Source: Basidiobolus meristosporus CBS 931.73 (Eukaryota; Fungi; Basidiobolomycota). Taken from it: DNA of 64,000 nt. Location of the stretch: NCBI GenBank assembly GCA_002104905.1, contig MCFE01000009.1, forward strand, positions 186,001 through 250,000, written 5' to 3'. Positions 12,101 to 33,725 of this stretch are shown here, one piece after another. The notes beneath the pieces are model-generated. The model made no database searches, had not been told where the DNA came from, and saw nothing but the letters and a program-made list of their open reading frames with translations. Each line of letters opens with the position of its first letter. Positions within the stretch are counted from its first letter, which is position 1. Made by a program: the position numbers and the translations under genes.

Positions 12101-12990
12101 CAAATTGCCAGTCTGTCTGAACAACTCTTACAAGAGCTGGATGACGAGGTGCCAGTGTTGAAATTCGGAGATGCATCTGTTGCAGCACCTTTTACCTCCA
12201 AGCTATCTACCGTCCTCTCTATCTGCAACATCATTCGCCAGGGCCGTTGTACCTTGGTTGCCACCATCCAGATGTACAAGATTCTCGCTTTGAACTGCCT
12301 CATTTCGGCCTACAGTTTAAGTGTCATGTATTTGGATGGAGTGAAGTTTGGTGATTATCAGGCCACCATCTCGGGTGTTCTTATGTCGGTCTGCTTCCTA
12401 TGCATTTCCCGCGCCAAGCCATTGGAGCAGTTATCCAAGGAGAGACCTCAAGCCAACATCTTCAACTTCTATATTCTGCTCTCTGTTCTCGGGCAGTTTG
12501 CAGTTCACATCATCTCACTCATCTACATCACCTATCTTTCGAAGACATACGAAGAGTAAGTTGATCACTCGCAATGCTTTAGATGCCCATCAGCACTAAT
12601 CGAACTTTCAATCACAGGCAGAAACCTGTCAATCTTGACGGAGATTTTGAACCCAATCTACTGAACAGCGGTGTTTACTTGATTTATCTCTCCATGCAGG
12701 TGTCCACTTTTGCCATCAACTATCAAGGGTATCCATTCCGTGAGAGCCTGCAGGACAACAAGATGATGTACTACGGTTTGGTCACAGTTGGTGGAATTGC
12801 AGTCGTTGCCGCCACCGAATTCGTTGATGAGCTGAACAGCTGGCTTCAGTTGGTTCCATTCCCATTCCCTTTCAAGCTGAGACTGGTTGCCACCTTGTTC
12901 CTAGATTTCGGAGTCTCCTATGCCATTGAAGTGGTCACCAAGCGCTTCTTTGCAAACAACCTTCCCAAGGACATCGTCAAGAGAGATTAG
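9193..12990 (+). CDS. SPF1: P5A-type ATPase (ER transmembrane-helix dislocase, Spf1/ATP13A1), ~1177 aa, 5 exons
   Basis: join(9193..9194,9262..9514,9584..9673,9740..12555,12618..12990) = 3534 nt in frame. Motifs SGES, P5A-type PPELP, DKTGTLT, MITGDN, GDGTND; N-terminal HAYVWPF. Confidence 0.95.
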
Positions 12991-13477
12991 ATTTCTCCAT
13001 AGATTTGCAAGACGAAGTGTCCATCCTCTGTTGTCGCCCTTTACTTATTCCTTTTATTCTCCTCGACAATTTTATTCTCCATCAACAGAATAATAAAAAC
13101 CGATCAATCGAATCCCCTCCTCTTGACTAGTTGATGCACGCTACAAATATCTAGATCGGTGGTACGATTTTAATGAATTTCACCAATCCGGAAAGTGAGC
13201 CATTTTTGGCATTCTGGATAAATTGGATAACTTAAGTTAGGGAGTGAACTCATCTGGAATGTTGACTCGATGGAGGGAGAGTGAAGAGGGGGGTTCTGAA
13301 TAAGGATTGGCCACTGATTGGCTCTTAGGGAGTGTTCCCTTTCTACCCACCAAAGCGGCGGTGTTAATATCCTAGTTTAGCTGCTTGTCACTCAATACAT
13401 CATCTCAGCACAACTTACATCGTTGATCACCAGCTTGATACCTCCACACTCTTCCCTTGACAACCCTAAATATATCT

Positions 13478-15472
13478 ATGGCTCGCTTAACTGGTTCGTC
13501 TATCATCTTTGGAGCCGTCGATTTCCGTTCTAGTACTAATATACTTCCCTCCACTCCAGCTGATACCTTATCTAGTGGCTCGCCTCCACTTCCCAACGGA
13601 GTTAAAGTTAGTGCGTTTGACTGTTCTGCGTAGCGAGGGGAAAATATCTAACTCCCAGATTGACACAGTCGCCAGTAAAAAAGGCCCTTCAAGGCTATGT
13701 TGGTTTCTCCAAACTGCCAAAGCAAGTTCACCGACGCTCAGTGAAAAACGGCTTCTATTTCACTTGTATGATAGTTGGTAATCCCTGGATGCTTGCCTAT
13801 TGAGTAGATTACAGAAGTATTTAGCCTTAGTTTAGGAGAGTCCGGCCTAGGGAAGTCTACCCTTGTCAATACCCTCTTCAACACTTCCCTCTATCCGCCT
13901 AAGCAGCAGTCTCCCTTGCAAGAAGAGTCCCCCAAGACTGTTGAAATCCAGGCCATTAGCGCAGGTAATGCTGGTAAGCCTCTGCTCCACGGGACAGACC
14001 ATTAATTTCCATTTCCAGACATCATCGAGGAGGAAGTGAAATTAAGATTGACAGTAATTGATACGCCTGGATTTGGCGACTACGTCAACAATGAAGACAG
14101 GTACCTCACGCAGAGTCTTCCATCACCTTTTCAGCTCTGGCTTACACATCCTTGGTAGTTGGAGACCGATTATGGATAACATTGAATCTCGCTTCGATGC
14201 GTACCTGGAGCAAGAGAATCGAGTGAACCGTAGTCGCATGGTCGACAATCGGGTTCATGCTTGCATCTACTTTATCGCACCTACTGGTCATGCGTAAGTG
14301 GCTCGCCTGAATTAACCGTTGCCTCAGACTTCAACTGATTGACTCGTATGAACAGGCTCAAGCCCCTAGACGTCGAATTCATGAAACGACTTCACACCAA
14401 AGTTAACCTAATCCCAGTCATCGCCAAATCCGATACGATGACCGAAGAAGAAATTCAAGGGTTCAAACAAAGAGTTGTTACTTTCCACCACACTGTTAAT
14501 CCTTCAAGCAACTGACCCCGTGTCATAATGATAGATACTCGCTGACATTCACCACCATGGAATTGAGATCTTCAAACCTTCCCCTTACACAAACGACAAC
14601 CCCGAGACGCTTGCGCAGAATCGGGAAGTGGTGGTATGTTGGTATTGAATGGGGACAAGGATTGTCGGACGATAACACCTCATCATCATAGGAAAAGATT
14701 CCATTCGCTATCGTGGGTAGCGATTACGAAGTCGAAGTCGAGGGAAAAATGGTCCGTGGCCGTAAATATCCATGGGGAGTGATTGAGGGTAGGCGGTGAT
14801 GGTAGAGCATTGTACTAAAAATCCTATCTAACCGTTCGAAGTGGACAACGAGGAGCACTGCGATTTCATTAAGCTGCGCCAGATGTTGATCAGGTAGGTG
14901 GCATTCGGCAACCCCTTCCCTCGCATGACAAGTATACTGAACCAGAGTGTGCTTGGGTAGAACTCATATGGAAGAATTGAAAGAACATACTAGCACACTT
15001 ATTTATGAGAATTATCGAGCCTCAAAGCTCCAGGCGTTGGGCATAGAGCAGGATCCCTCAGTATTCAAAGATATCAAGTAGGTATCCTCCATTCGATCGC
15101 CTCTTCCAACCGCTTGTTCACCCCACCAATTATCCCAGCCCACTGGCCAAGATGGAAGAAGAGCGTAAGATACACGAAAACAAGATGGCCAAGATGGAGG
15201 CAGAGATGAAGATGGTATTCCAGCAGAAGGTCCAGGAAAAGGAAGACAAACTGAAGCAGACCGAGGATGAGGTAAGGTCCACTTTATATGCCGGGATTTA
15301 CGGCCACTTATGAACCGAACCTATGTAGCTCTATCACCGTCACAAGGAAATGAAGGAGGCGTTGGAGAAGCAGCAGTACGAGTTGGAACAAAAGAAGAAA
15401 CGCTTAGAAGCCGATGAGAGACCCAGCACCGCTGAGAAAAGCAAAAAGAAGACGTTTGGGTTTAAGAACTAA
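13478..15472 (+). CDS. CDC3: Septin, Cdc3/AspB-like, about 12 short introns (start exon tentative)
   Basis: Spliced reading gives [66 protein letters not shown] and a coiled-coil tail ending KKKTFGFKN* at 15472. Confidence 0.9.
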
Positions 15473-15766
15473 TTAATATGTACGGAACCCATGGTTCATC
15501 ATGCACATTGCAAATAGCTGGGTTTGTGTGTGAGTTGGTCGCTATTTAATTCCCATCTGTCTGGCACAACTCGAAGTATACTTGAAAGCACTCCTCTACA
15601 AAATAATGCCAATAAATTCGAAGGAAATACGCATCATTATCAGGTGTGAACGATACTGCCTAGTGCCCGGATCCTGTATATTCAAGAGTCTCAATAGCGT
15701 GCAGGCTGAATGATTTTTATTGCTGCTCGGAATGGTGGCACCTGTACGCATATTTACCATACAAAC

Positions 15767-17604
15767 TCATTCCATTGATGTTGAGTTCGATAAGAAAGCC
15801 TCTTCCACATATCTACTGTAGAAATCCATTTTTACAACTGACCTGTTGTCCTCGGTTTCGCTGCTTGTTGCGTTAGGCCCAAATACGAGAGCCTTACCAG
15901 TGTCAAAGCTGCTCCAGCCATTCTGGCTGAGATCCTCACCATATGCAAACCTGGCCCAATATTCAACCAATTTCTGGGCAACCAGTGTTTCGTGTGGGGT
16001 CAACACATTGGTATGAAAAAAGGTTGGCAACAAGTCTGAGGCATGGTGAACGGCGGGTGGCAATCCCGTAGCGTTCGATATGATCTTGATGAATTCCTCA
16101 ATAGGTTGATCGAAATGGTAATACCACGTCTTGAATTTGCCCTGTGCCGCCCATCTCTTAGCATATTCATGAATAGGGCCGTGGAACATGAAGTCACCGT
16201 TTATACTGCTTCCGAGGGCAACCCATTCTTGTGTGTTGTTCGACTGTGGCTCAGGATAAAGGCTTACGAATTCTTGTCTTAAATTCTGTGGGAGCTGTGT
16301 CTCAACATAGGCTTTGTACCCTTCAGGCTTCGTAAGATTGTTGAGTTCACTAAATAACGTACCCTGGGAGCAACAGCAGATGGGGTTAATTCGTACCAAT
16401 TGTCGAATTCTTTGCATCAACAAACCTCGTCTTTACAATCGCCAATGATCACTGCTTCAACGCTTTCATCGTATCCCTCGAACTCCAGAGCCTGCTTGAT
16501 GATATCACCATAAATCAGAACATTATCTTGATGTGGCAAAGTTACAGCCCCTAGTGCGTTGGCATCGCTGATTAGCGTAGTATAGTTGATTTGACGGAGT
16601 GCGTCAACCTTTCCCTGGCTATCCAAGTTCTTGTCAATCCCATATTTCTCCAGAAGTTTGTCAAATAATGGCTGATCATTTGCAACAGGCGCTAGAGGTA
16701 AAGTATTGATAGTCCCTGATTGCAGAATCGCTCGCTTGAACAGACCACGGTTGATAAGCATATGATAGTGGATAGCGATGGCCCCAGCTGATTCACCATA
16801 TACTGTGATATTCTCTGGGTCACCACCGAAGTGCTGGATGTTCTTCTTCACCCATTCGAGCCCTAGCTTCTGGTCCATCAGTCCCCAGTTTCCAACTGCC
16901 TTGTCTGTACCTGTCAACGAAGTATCATTTGAAATAGTGGTGGCGATGTCATTTCCAGCCAGAAAACCAAGCACACCCAGTCGATAGTTAATCGTAACGA
17001 TAACGACGGGGTGCGAGATATTCTTGGTGTAGGGAATGACATTTTCCGCATCTAGATGGTCAGCATTAATTATACTACATCTCAACGAAGACACAGGCGT
17101 TTGTGATATTTTTACCATATGGGTAGTGACTATTACCCCCCTGAATCAATGAACCACCATGAATCCAAACCATCACGGGTAATTTGGTGCTGTTGGTATC
17201 TGGGGTGTACACATTCAGATTTAAGCAGTCATGCTCACTGGCCACTGCACCTGGAGCGTCAACTCCAAAAACATTACTCAATATTTGTGGGCAGTATGGA
17301 CTGCAATGACCATTAGTAAAACAATGTGCAAAAACGAAACAAGCTCCTGAGCAAATCCCACTTACCCATAGCGAGTACTATCTCGCTCACCTTCCCAGGT
17401 CGCGTTGTATGGTGATGCAGGATACCAACGTTTGGTCACATTGGCAAATGGGATTCCTAGGAAGCATTGTGCCCCTTCGCTGGTCACCCCGCCTCGAAGT
17501 ATTCCGTGACCGGGAAGATTAAGTGTCGTGGTTGTAGTAAAGTTTACACCGCTTGCTGTTAACGCAAACAAGGAGACAGTAGCAATGACTGTATACAGTA
17601 CCAT
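15767..17604 (-). CDS. Secreted type-B carboxylesterase/lipase, copy CE1 (4 exons, intact)
   Basis: Signal peptide; [47 protein letters not shown] (Ser), DE|G (Glu), HASD (His); three GT-AG introns. Confidence 0.92.
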
Positions 17605-17739
17605 TGGTGTGAAATGCAAATAATGCAACAGGTAATGGTGATAGAATTACACTTCCCCATCTTAGCCAGGTATGGTTTATGTACCTCGCAAATCTGATGA
17701 TTCATCGTATGAATTTGTAAAAGCAGCATTCGGCTATTT

Positions 17740-17762
17740 CCATTTATTGGCAGACTAGGAGG
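17740..17762 (-). promoter_or_regulatory. Conserved core-promoter block of the esterase genes (coding strand CTGCCAATAAATGG: CCAAT plus ATAAAT)
   Basis: The same motif lies 116-141 nt upstream of each intact ATG (17740, 23017, 26201, 29442, 32362) and at an orphan site (19882). Confidence 0.6.
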
Positions 17763-17954
17763 TTGTGACGTGCATTCATGCAAAGTTTAGGGCCAAAAGC
17801 CCTATATCCCCTTCCTCAACCAATCCTATGGTGAACCAGAGGTAGAGGTATCTGCAGCCATCAAATCAATCATCAGATAATGCATAGGTGCGATCATGTT
17901 TTTTGCCCAAGACCAATACGGTCACTTGAATAAAAAATCGTGGTATGCAATATG

Positions 17955-18815
17955 CTATGTTCGATATGGTCTTAATGAATACCTCTATGGGTTCATCGAA
18001 ATGGTAGTACCACGCCTTGTATTTGCCTTGTGTTGCTCAGCTCTTGGCATAAAGATGGATAGGGCCATGGAACATGAAATCGCCTTTTATACTGCTTCCA
18101 AGGACTACCCACTCTATCCTATTGTTCAACTGTGGCTCAGGATAAAGGCTTACGAATTCTTGTCTCAAATTCTGTGGGATCTGCGTATCGAAATAGTTTT
18201 TGTATCCTTCAGGCTTCGTAAGATTGTTGTATTTGCTGAAGGTTACACCCGAGGAATATTGCAGAGGAAGTTATTTCTTAGAAATCTGTCAGGTTGCTTA
18301 CACAAGCCAACCTCGCCTCTATAGTCGCCAACGATGACTGCTTCGATGCACTCATCGTATCCTTCGAGCTCTAGAGTCTGCTTTGTAGTATCATCATGTA
18401 TTAGAACATCGTCCTGATGTGGCAAAGGAGCAGCCCATAGCGCATTGGCATCGCTGATTAGCGTAGTATAGTTGATTTGACGGAGAGCATCAACCTTTGC
18501 CTGACTATTCAAGTTCTTGCCAATCCCATATTTCTTCAGAAGTTTGTCAAATAATGGTTGATCATCTCCAATAAGTCGAAGTGGTGCAGTATTGATAGTA
18601 CCTGATTGCAAAATCGCTCGCTTGAACAGACTACGGTTGATAAGCATATGATGGTGGATAGCGATGGCCCCAGCTGATTCACCATATGCCGTGATTTTCT
18701 CTGGGCCAGTATTGAAGTATTGGATGTTCTTTTTCACCAGTACGAGTCCCAATACTTGGTCCATCAATCCCCAGTTTCCAACTGCCTTATCTTTTCCAGT
18801 AAGCGAGGTGTCGCC
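17955..18815 (-). pseudogene. Carboxylesterase fragment CE2 (truncated at both ends)
   Basis: Homologous to the middle of CE1 ([13 protein letters not shown]..). Lacks the 5' exons and the C-terminus with the catalytic His. Confidence 0.88.
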
Positions 18816-19849
18816 CGGTTAGACCACGTTATCTGTTTGAAACCAGTCTGTAAACAAAGTAAATAATGCCATGGAAAATCGTGGCAAAAAATAAGTTATA
18901 CCTTCCTATAGTTGATATGTACTTTCCGAGATCATGGGGAATACGTTTTAGCTCGTAATTACCGGGATTCCCAGCTATGTAGACTATAATAAGACCTGGT
19001 TGAGCATTCAGTCTTGGTGACAACAGGACTGAGATATGGAATTGACAATATTGCTAGCATGACTAATGGTTGCGATTCATATACCTCATTTGAGGCAAAT
19101 ATAGTAAATGTTTGCATACCTAGAAGTCTATTTCGCTAGCTCAGTATAGCAGTTGCCACTGACTTTTGATAGCACTCATCAACGCTCACTAGATCGCTAG
19201 TAGTGGTAAATGATATTTATATGAATTGTCAACAAACAATCACGTAAATGGCTCCGAAATAGATATCAGAGAATTTCATTTCTCTGATTGTTCAAAATAA
19301 GGGAAATCTCGAGAAACACCCTAACCTTCTCGTGCTACATTGTATAGCCTTTATTGATACATCTTCTTATTAGGCTTGCGGAGATCTTGCCAATGCTTAA
19401 TTTGGCGCTGTAAATCACCACCAAATCCAGTGACTATTCTCTAAACACTTTTGCCCAGTTGGGGTTTAAATGATCACATAATCATCTCACAGCAGAAAGT
19501 ACCCTACCTATACATTTGCTGATATATTCATATGCGTAATCTTTGCTTTACTTCCACAGTACCGAATAGTGGGCAATTAGAGTCTACGAAAACGATACAA
19601 GGTCCCGTAAAATGCCTGCAAACAATTTTGCATAGTCGTTCACAACATATCTTTGTATTTTAGAAATCGAGTCTTCAACTGCAATCTAATACATCGATTG
19701 TAAACTGACTCTACTGGATGCGGTTGAAAATTTGCTACTATGCACTTCCAGGGAACTAGAGACTTCTATGAACCGGATAGTCTAATCATTTCCGTGAGCA
19801 TGAATATTATCATAAAGCAAAAGTACCTGGCAAATCGGATGATGTATCA

Positions 19850-20260
19850 TTAATACTCGTAGCTGGGGCAGCTGGTTGTTGCCACTTATTGGCAGACTAA
19901 GAGGCTGCGGCTCGTTCTTGTAAGACTAAAGCTAATAAACTATGGATGTTGAATCAGCGAGGCTAAACCATTCCCACAGATCTAGAAGTAGAGATCAGCA
20001 GCTACCAAGCCATTACCTAGAAAATATTACGGATACATGTTGTCAGCTTGAGGCCAGTTTGATCCAATCAAAAAAGACAAAAATACCATGAAAATAGCGG
20101 CAACTAATAGCTATTTATGCCTACAGTTGATATGCACTTTCCAGGACACTCGGGAATAAGTAGTAGCCTGTAATTACCGGGCATTTCCTGATTAAGAGCA
20201 CTGTAATAAGTCCAGGCTGATTATTCAGTCTTAGTGGCCACAGGACTGACATAATTGTTC
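19850..20260 (-). promoter_or_regulatory. Orphan esterase promoter (coding sequence lost)
   Basis: Contains the CCAAT/ATAAAT block (19882) and a distal segment (~20080-20260) homologous to ~18860-19030 and ~23280-23350. No esterase CDS follows. Confidence 0.6.
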
Positions 20261-20589
20261 TCTTAGTCAAGTGATCGCGTGTGCGGAACTCTGTGATATA
20301 TCGTGCTAGAATACTATTGACAAGCTTCATTCAAAGTATTGGAAGCGTTTAAAGTCATGGAGACAGATTTCATTAGATTTCATTTATTGTTTAGAATTGC
20401 GGAAATCCCGAGAAACGAATCCACTGTTGGGTACTCCCTCGGGTGAAATGTGTCAACTTCAAGGTAGGATCGATTGCTAATGGAAATAGTAGCACCTATC
20501 AATTATCCTGATCCTTTGGCCTAGGTGTAAGAAGAGCGTAGAATAGCGAAGAAAAAATGGCATATACGCATTTCACCAGTAGGTTCAGA

Positions 20590-20908
20590 GAAGAAAGACA
20601 AACCGAAACAGACCAAGGATGAGGTAAGGTCCACTTTATATGCCGGGATTTACGGCCACTTATGAACCGAACCTATGTAGCTCTATCACCGCCACAAGGA
20701 AATGAAGGAGGCGTTGGAGAAGCAGCAGTACGAGTTGGAACAAAAGAAGAAACGCCTAGAAGCCGATGCGAGGCCCAGCACCGCTGAGAAAAGCAAAAAG
20801 AAGACGTTTGGGTTTAAGAATTAATTAATATGTACGGAGCCCATGGTTCATCGTGCACATTGCAAATAGCTGGGTTTGTATGTGGGTTGGCCGCAATTTG
20901 ACTCCCAT
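20590..20908 (+). pseudogene. Duplicated 3' end of the septin gene (end of penultimate exon, last intron, last exon, 3' UTR)
   Basis: Near-identical to ~15244-15556, including intron GTAAGGTCC...TGTAG and the KKKTFGFKN* exon. Confidence 0.93.
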
Positions 20909-21045
20909 GCTTGTGAAGTGTGAGCAATGCTAGAGCTTTAGCATATCCAAACCATATCCATTCGGCAGTAATGATAATATGCGAACTCGGCAACCTTTAT
21001 TGCGCAAAATAACAATCCTTGGTCACATATTTGCCATAAAACTCA

Positions 21046-22878
<1,833 letters not shown>

Positions 22879-24240
22879 CGGAGTGCAATACAAGCAATGT
22901 AGTAAATTTGAAGTGATGATCGAATTATCCTTGAAAACCTGGCTGTACGTGGCTTATGTACCTTGCAAATCCGATAATGCATCATTTAGGCTTGTAACTG
23001 CAGCATTCGGTTGTTGCCATTTATTGGTAGACTAAGAAGCTGCGGCCCATTCATTCGTGCAAAGTTTAGTTCCAAATCACCAAGTACAATTGACCATTGA
23101 GGCTGAACTAATAATGTACTCGTTCTCATCAAAGTAAACGATTTTTCATTAATCTGACAGTAGAGATATGCAACAGTTAAGCCAACGCCAAGAAAATACT
23201 GCCGTTTCGACCGTATTGTTGGTCCGATACCAGTCTTATCCAAATCAATATGTCGACAATAGCAATACGACACGAGTTTCATTTGCAGTCGATATACACT
23301 TTCCAGGACGATTCAAGTAAATATTTCGTTGCCCGGATTTCTATAGCAGTAAATAGCTTGTAATCAACGGGGATTATAGATTACGTATCTAAAGTTGATT
23401 ATCTAGGCATACTGATCTCAGAACTTGAATGCGTAATTGACAACATTACATAGCTTAGCCGACGGGTGGTATGTGCAGGGTTCTTTACGCAACGAGTTTT
23501 ATTTGTATGCTATCGATGTGCTTCATTCAAGATAATTGAAGATGTTTCATGCGTAGATTTATATTTCTATAGCTCTGCTTAGTAACAATCACTGGCCATT
23601 GATAATACCCATTATTAGAGGAGAATATGTAAAAGGGCTTATTTGAAGGATTCAATAGATTTCTATACAAATGATCACATAACACAGCCTCGTAAACCAA
23701 TGGAATTTTTTTCAGTATTTCCGAGAAACTTACTTCGCTGAATGTTCCAAATTGCGGAAATCCTACACGCAACCTCTAACATTACCCACAAATTTCAATC
23801 CGCAATAAATCCCTAAATTTAGTAGTGCGAAGATCACTATTTCAACTGTACAAATTTACATGCGAGCAACTCATTTCTAAAGTGATGCCATGAGCCAGAC
23901 AACCCAATTATTTGAAACAACAATTCCATGCAAAGTGTAGCTTCCATTGCTGAGATTATCGAGATGTCTGGTATCATGATTGAGGAGTACTCAAATTCCA
24001 TCATATTCAAAAGCGATTCTTGAAATTGATATTTTAATTAGAGTTGAATACCTATGTGTTGGCTGCTAAAAATTCCTGTTTAGCAGCTCGAAGCATTTTT
24101 AAAATCACTCGACCAAAATAGAACGCCAATGAATTCAGGCTTCACCAATGCGCCCTGACCTTTTCAATGGGATAAATCCACCAGTAATTTTTATTGATGC
24201 TTGGAATGTCTGTCCCTGTTCACATATTTACTATCGAAAC

Positions 24241-26085
<1,845 letters not shown>

Positions 26086-27469
26086 TGACGTGCAATGGAA
26101 TTAGTAAACAAAGATGAAACTGCACATGAGTTGGTTTTTACGTACCTCGCAAATATGATGATTCATCATTTGGGCTTGTAACCACTGTATTTGGATGATG
26201 CCACTAATCGGCAGGCTAAGCGGCGGTGACTCATATCATCGTGCGAAATTTATGCGCTAAGGACTTGGGGCCATGGACTACTGGGCTAAAACCATAATGT
26301 TCCTTTAATCAACCAACCACATGGTAAACCAGAGACAGTGATCTGGAACTTGGGTAAACGGGATTAAGCATTGCAATGCCGGGATTTCTATTTATATTTC
26401 TCAAATTGGCAATATTCACATCATAATGCATCCAAGTATTGATTGGCAATGACTAAGTGTGTTCAGTCTTTGAGTTTCTTGTAAGTGAACATATATGACG
26501 TATTTCCAAGTATCTTTTTTCGCGAATTAGTTAGCATTGCGGATTGCGTTGAAATCTAAATCCTTAATCTTCTACTCTAAATCACATCTAGAGCTAGTGA
26601 CTAATGAGCAATAGTATTGCAACCTTCATTAATGATCAGAAAAACACGTTAAGCATGTATGTATGAAGCTATACCATTAATCTGGGTCAGAACGGAGTAT
26701 AAAATCATAGACGTTAATCCGGCAAACATATCCATAATACCCAAGGTCTCGCACATATTATTCCATCCATCCAAAGAAATACCAGGTGCAAGTTAATCTG
26801 ATCAGTCGTTGCAGTGGCAATGCTCCACAGCCACAAAAATGGGGTGAGTATCAGAAGGAATAGCCATGATGCTTTGGGCATATGATGACTACAAATCGAA
26901 TATTTATATCGATCCAGTGGGTGTATCGAGCAAGTTTTAGAGCAGCAATCATTGCTAAAATCATCAGGATTTCTGGTACCAGTGTTGAGCAAAGCCTGGA
27001 ATACATCATATTCGGTTGCGAAAAGTTTCATAGAAGCGGCCATATCTTGATAATGTGATCAACATTGATTCCTATTTTCGCCAAGCTGTGTTGATTATTG
27101 ATTAGACAAGTGTAGGCCGTATGCATTAGAACAAAAGATATATTAAGAAGCAAATAAATGGCCAAGCACTGCCAAGATGAGGGAAATCAAAACGTTTAGG
27201 TCGAATTGTACAGTATGTCAGGGTCTTATAGTCACATATAGCTGGGTTTGTTTGAGATTTGTTCGCTATCTAATTCAAACATGTCTGGTACAATTCAAAG
27301 AATGTTCACGGCTTTCAATGGAATCTTGGTGATCAAAGAGAATATGCATAACCTTAATAAACGGTGCGAACCCTAACGATTCATGGAGTTTTGGGATTTT
27401 GCAAACATGATGATTTTAATTAATGCTTGGAATGATGGCTCTTGCTTACATATTTCCCACTAAAACATA

Positions 27470-29301
<1,832 letters not shown>

Positions 29302-30381
29302 TGGTGTGCAATGCAAAATTGTAAAAAGTAGTAAAAGATGATGGTATTGTAGCTTTCTTCCCGAGCCAAGCATGGCTTATATACACCTTGCAAGTCCGAT
29401 GATTCATCATTTGGGCTTGTAGCTGCAGTATTTGGGTGCTGCCATTTATTGGCAGGCTGGGAGGCAGTGACTCACGTAATCGTGCGAGGTTCATGGCCAG
29501 TGGCCAAGGACGATGAGCTATTTAGGTAAAAACGACAATGTGCCCTTTCTCATCAACGCACATGGCTTGCACTGATCCAGGAGTGGAGATCTGAAAATAT
29601 CAAATCACCGCCAAGGAAATACCATGGAAGCGATCACGCTGCTCGACTGAGTCTACAACAGCTATAATTGGATAGAATACCCTGGCATGAATCAAGTGGC
29701 GTTCCAAGATAGCGGTTTGTGATGAAACATGAATGAACACAGTTGATCTGTTTATTTGGAGGCACGTGGGGTGTACATCTCAACGCCTAGTTTCTTACTT
29801 TGGCAGTCGGTTTAGTGTGAAACTATTGATAAGATTCATTAGTAGGCACCAAGGTATCAGCAAAGAAGTGATTCAAAATATTCGTATTAAGGAGAATTAG
29901 AGTGAACTCTGTATGAATGATGACGACAAAACGTAACAGCCATTAGAAGGTCTATATATATTGGTTTATCTGTTGCGGGTAGTATTAGTTGGTCTGAGAT
30001 GTTGAGTCAACTTTTTACTTGAAGTCATGCTCGACACAATCACATAGAATTTCAGCAATGGAGTAAATTGCACCCTTAAGAATTTATCGTACACTAACCA
30101 TTGACCAACAATCGTGGATTGCAACCTAATATTAGTGAGTGCGCTGAGTATCAAACATCAGGAGGATAAGCGAAACTGAACTGGCGTGTTAATTATACGT
30201 TATGTGATTCCTATCCGACACAACTCCAGGTACGACCAATAATTCTGATAAGTAATATAATTATATTTTACCAATACTTCCAAACAATTCCACAATTGGG
30301 GGATTTCAAAGGTATGCGAACTGAATGGTTTTTATTGATGCTTGGCATTATGCACCTCATTTGTATATTTATCATACAAGC

Positions 30382-32221
<1,840 letters not shown>

Positions 32222-33725
32222 TGGTGTGCAATGCAAAATTGTAAAAAGTAGTAAAAGATGATGGTATTGTAGCTTTCTACCCGAGCCAAGCATGGCTTAT
32301 ATACACCTTGCAAGTCCGGTGATTCATCATTTGGGCTTGTAGCTGCAGTATTTGGGTGCTGCCATTTATTGGCAGGCTGGGAGGCAGTGACTCACGTAAT
32401 CGTGCGAGGTTCATGGCCAGTGGCCAAGGACGATGAGCTATTTAGGTAAAAACGACAATGTGCCCTTTCTCATCAACGCACATGGCTTGCACTGATCCAG
32501 GAGTGGAGATCTGAAAATATCAAATCACCGCCAAGGAAATACCATGGAAGCGATCACGCTGCTCGACCGAGTCTACAACAGCTATAATTGGATAGAATAC
32601 CCTGGCATGAATCAAGTGGCGTTCCAAGATAGCGGTTTGTGATGAAACATGAATGAACACAGTTGATCCGTCCAGCTTGTTACTTGGGTAACCCGTTTTA
32701 TTTGGAACCAGTGAAAATATTTATTAGCATACATGTTCTTGAGTATCTGTTCTAAGTAAGGACATCTCCATTTGGTTATCATGTGTCTCGGTTCTATTAC
32801 CAGACGATAGTGATTATATTTTTAGCAACTCTGAAAATCGAGAATATACATAGCACATTCATATATTTCAATGATATTTCGTCATGGGCCAATTCATTAG
32901 TTTTGCAAAGTTCATATAGGCAGTCAAAGGATAAACACCCCAAATTATCTTCATGTCCACACCGCTACTTCAGTAATCATTCTTGGTTAGGTTTGACTCT
33001 TTGACCAGTTAGTAACATGTCTGCCAGTGGGGATTCAATGAAGCATCCTATCAATGTCAAATGGCATTTACTTACATACTGTTAGACTAATCACTCTCTC
33101 TGCAACTTTGGCTAATGCTTGCAAGTGCACTAGAAAAGAACACCGATATCAGACACACCCATTGGAATAATTCTTGCTGAAGTGTAGTAGCTCCAAAGCA
33201 ATACAAAGAACCACTAAAATGTATTTGCTTTAATTGAGCCATTGTTAGTGAACAAACAGCATCAAATCTAAATGCACATCTGTTATGATTTCAAATATGG
33301 CCAAAACTTTGCAACCAATCAGTACTTCAGAATTTTTTCTGCAGAGCTGTTGTAAGAGTAGCAAGTAAATGTATTCGTATGAAACACCATACTTTACATA
33401 TATCTTTTTATGAACTACTACATCACATTGTGATATCAGGTATATCAGTTATCATGTTCCAAATAGTATGAGCAATGTATTTCAACTCAATAAATCTACA
33501 ATTAATAACCATATTCTCCAAAAGTCACCACAGTTCTACTAGGTGATGTCTACGATTATAAACCTGCTAAACTGAGTGAAATGGTATAATAGGGAGGTTC
33601 GAATAATTCAGCTTCTTTAGCAAGTATGAACCGTATCAATTGAAAGAACCTTGATAACATGCTGACTGGGTGAGTTTATTGATGCTTAGAATGATATCTT
33701 TCACTCACATATACTCCACAGGACC

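Noticed and set aside
9719-12559. Antisense and alternative-frame ORFs within SPF1, RdRP, FET4 and the esterases
   Set aside because: Typical shadows of long coding sequences; reproduced in paralogues only because the DNA is duplicated.
26714-27043. 109-aa ORF between CE4 and CE5
   Set aside because: No recognisable motif or homologue in the window; left unassigned.
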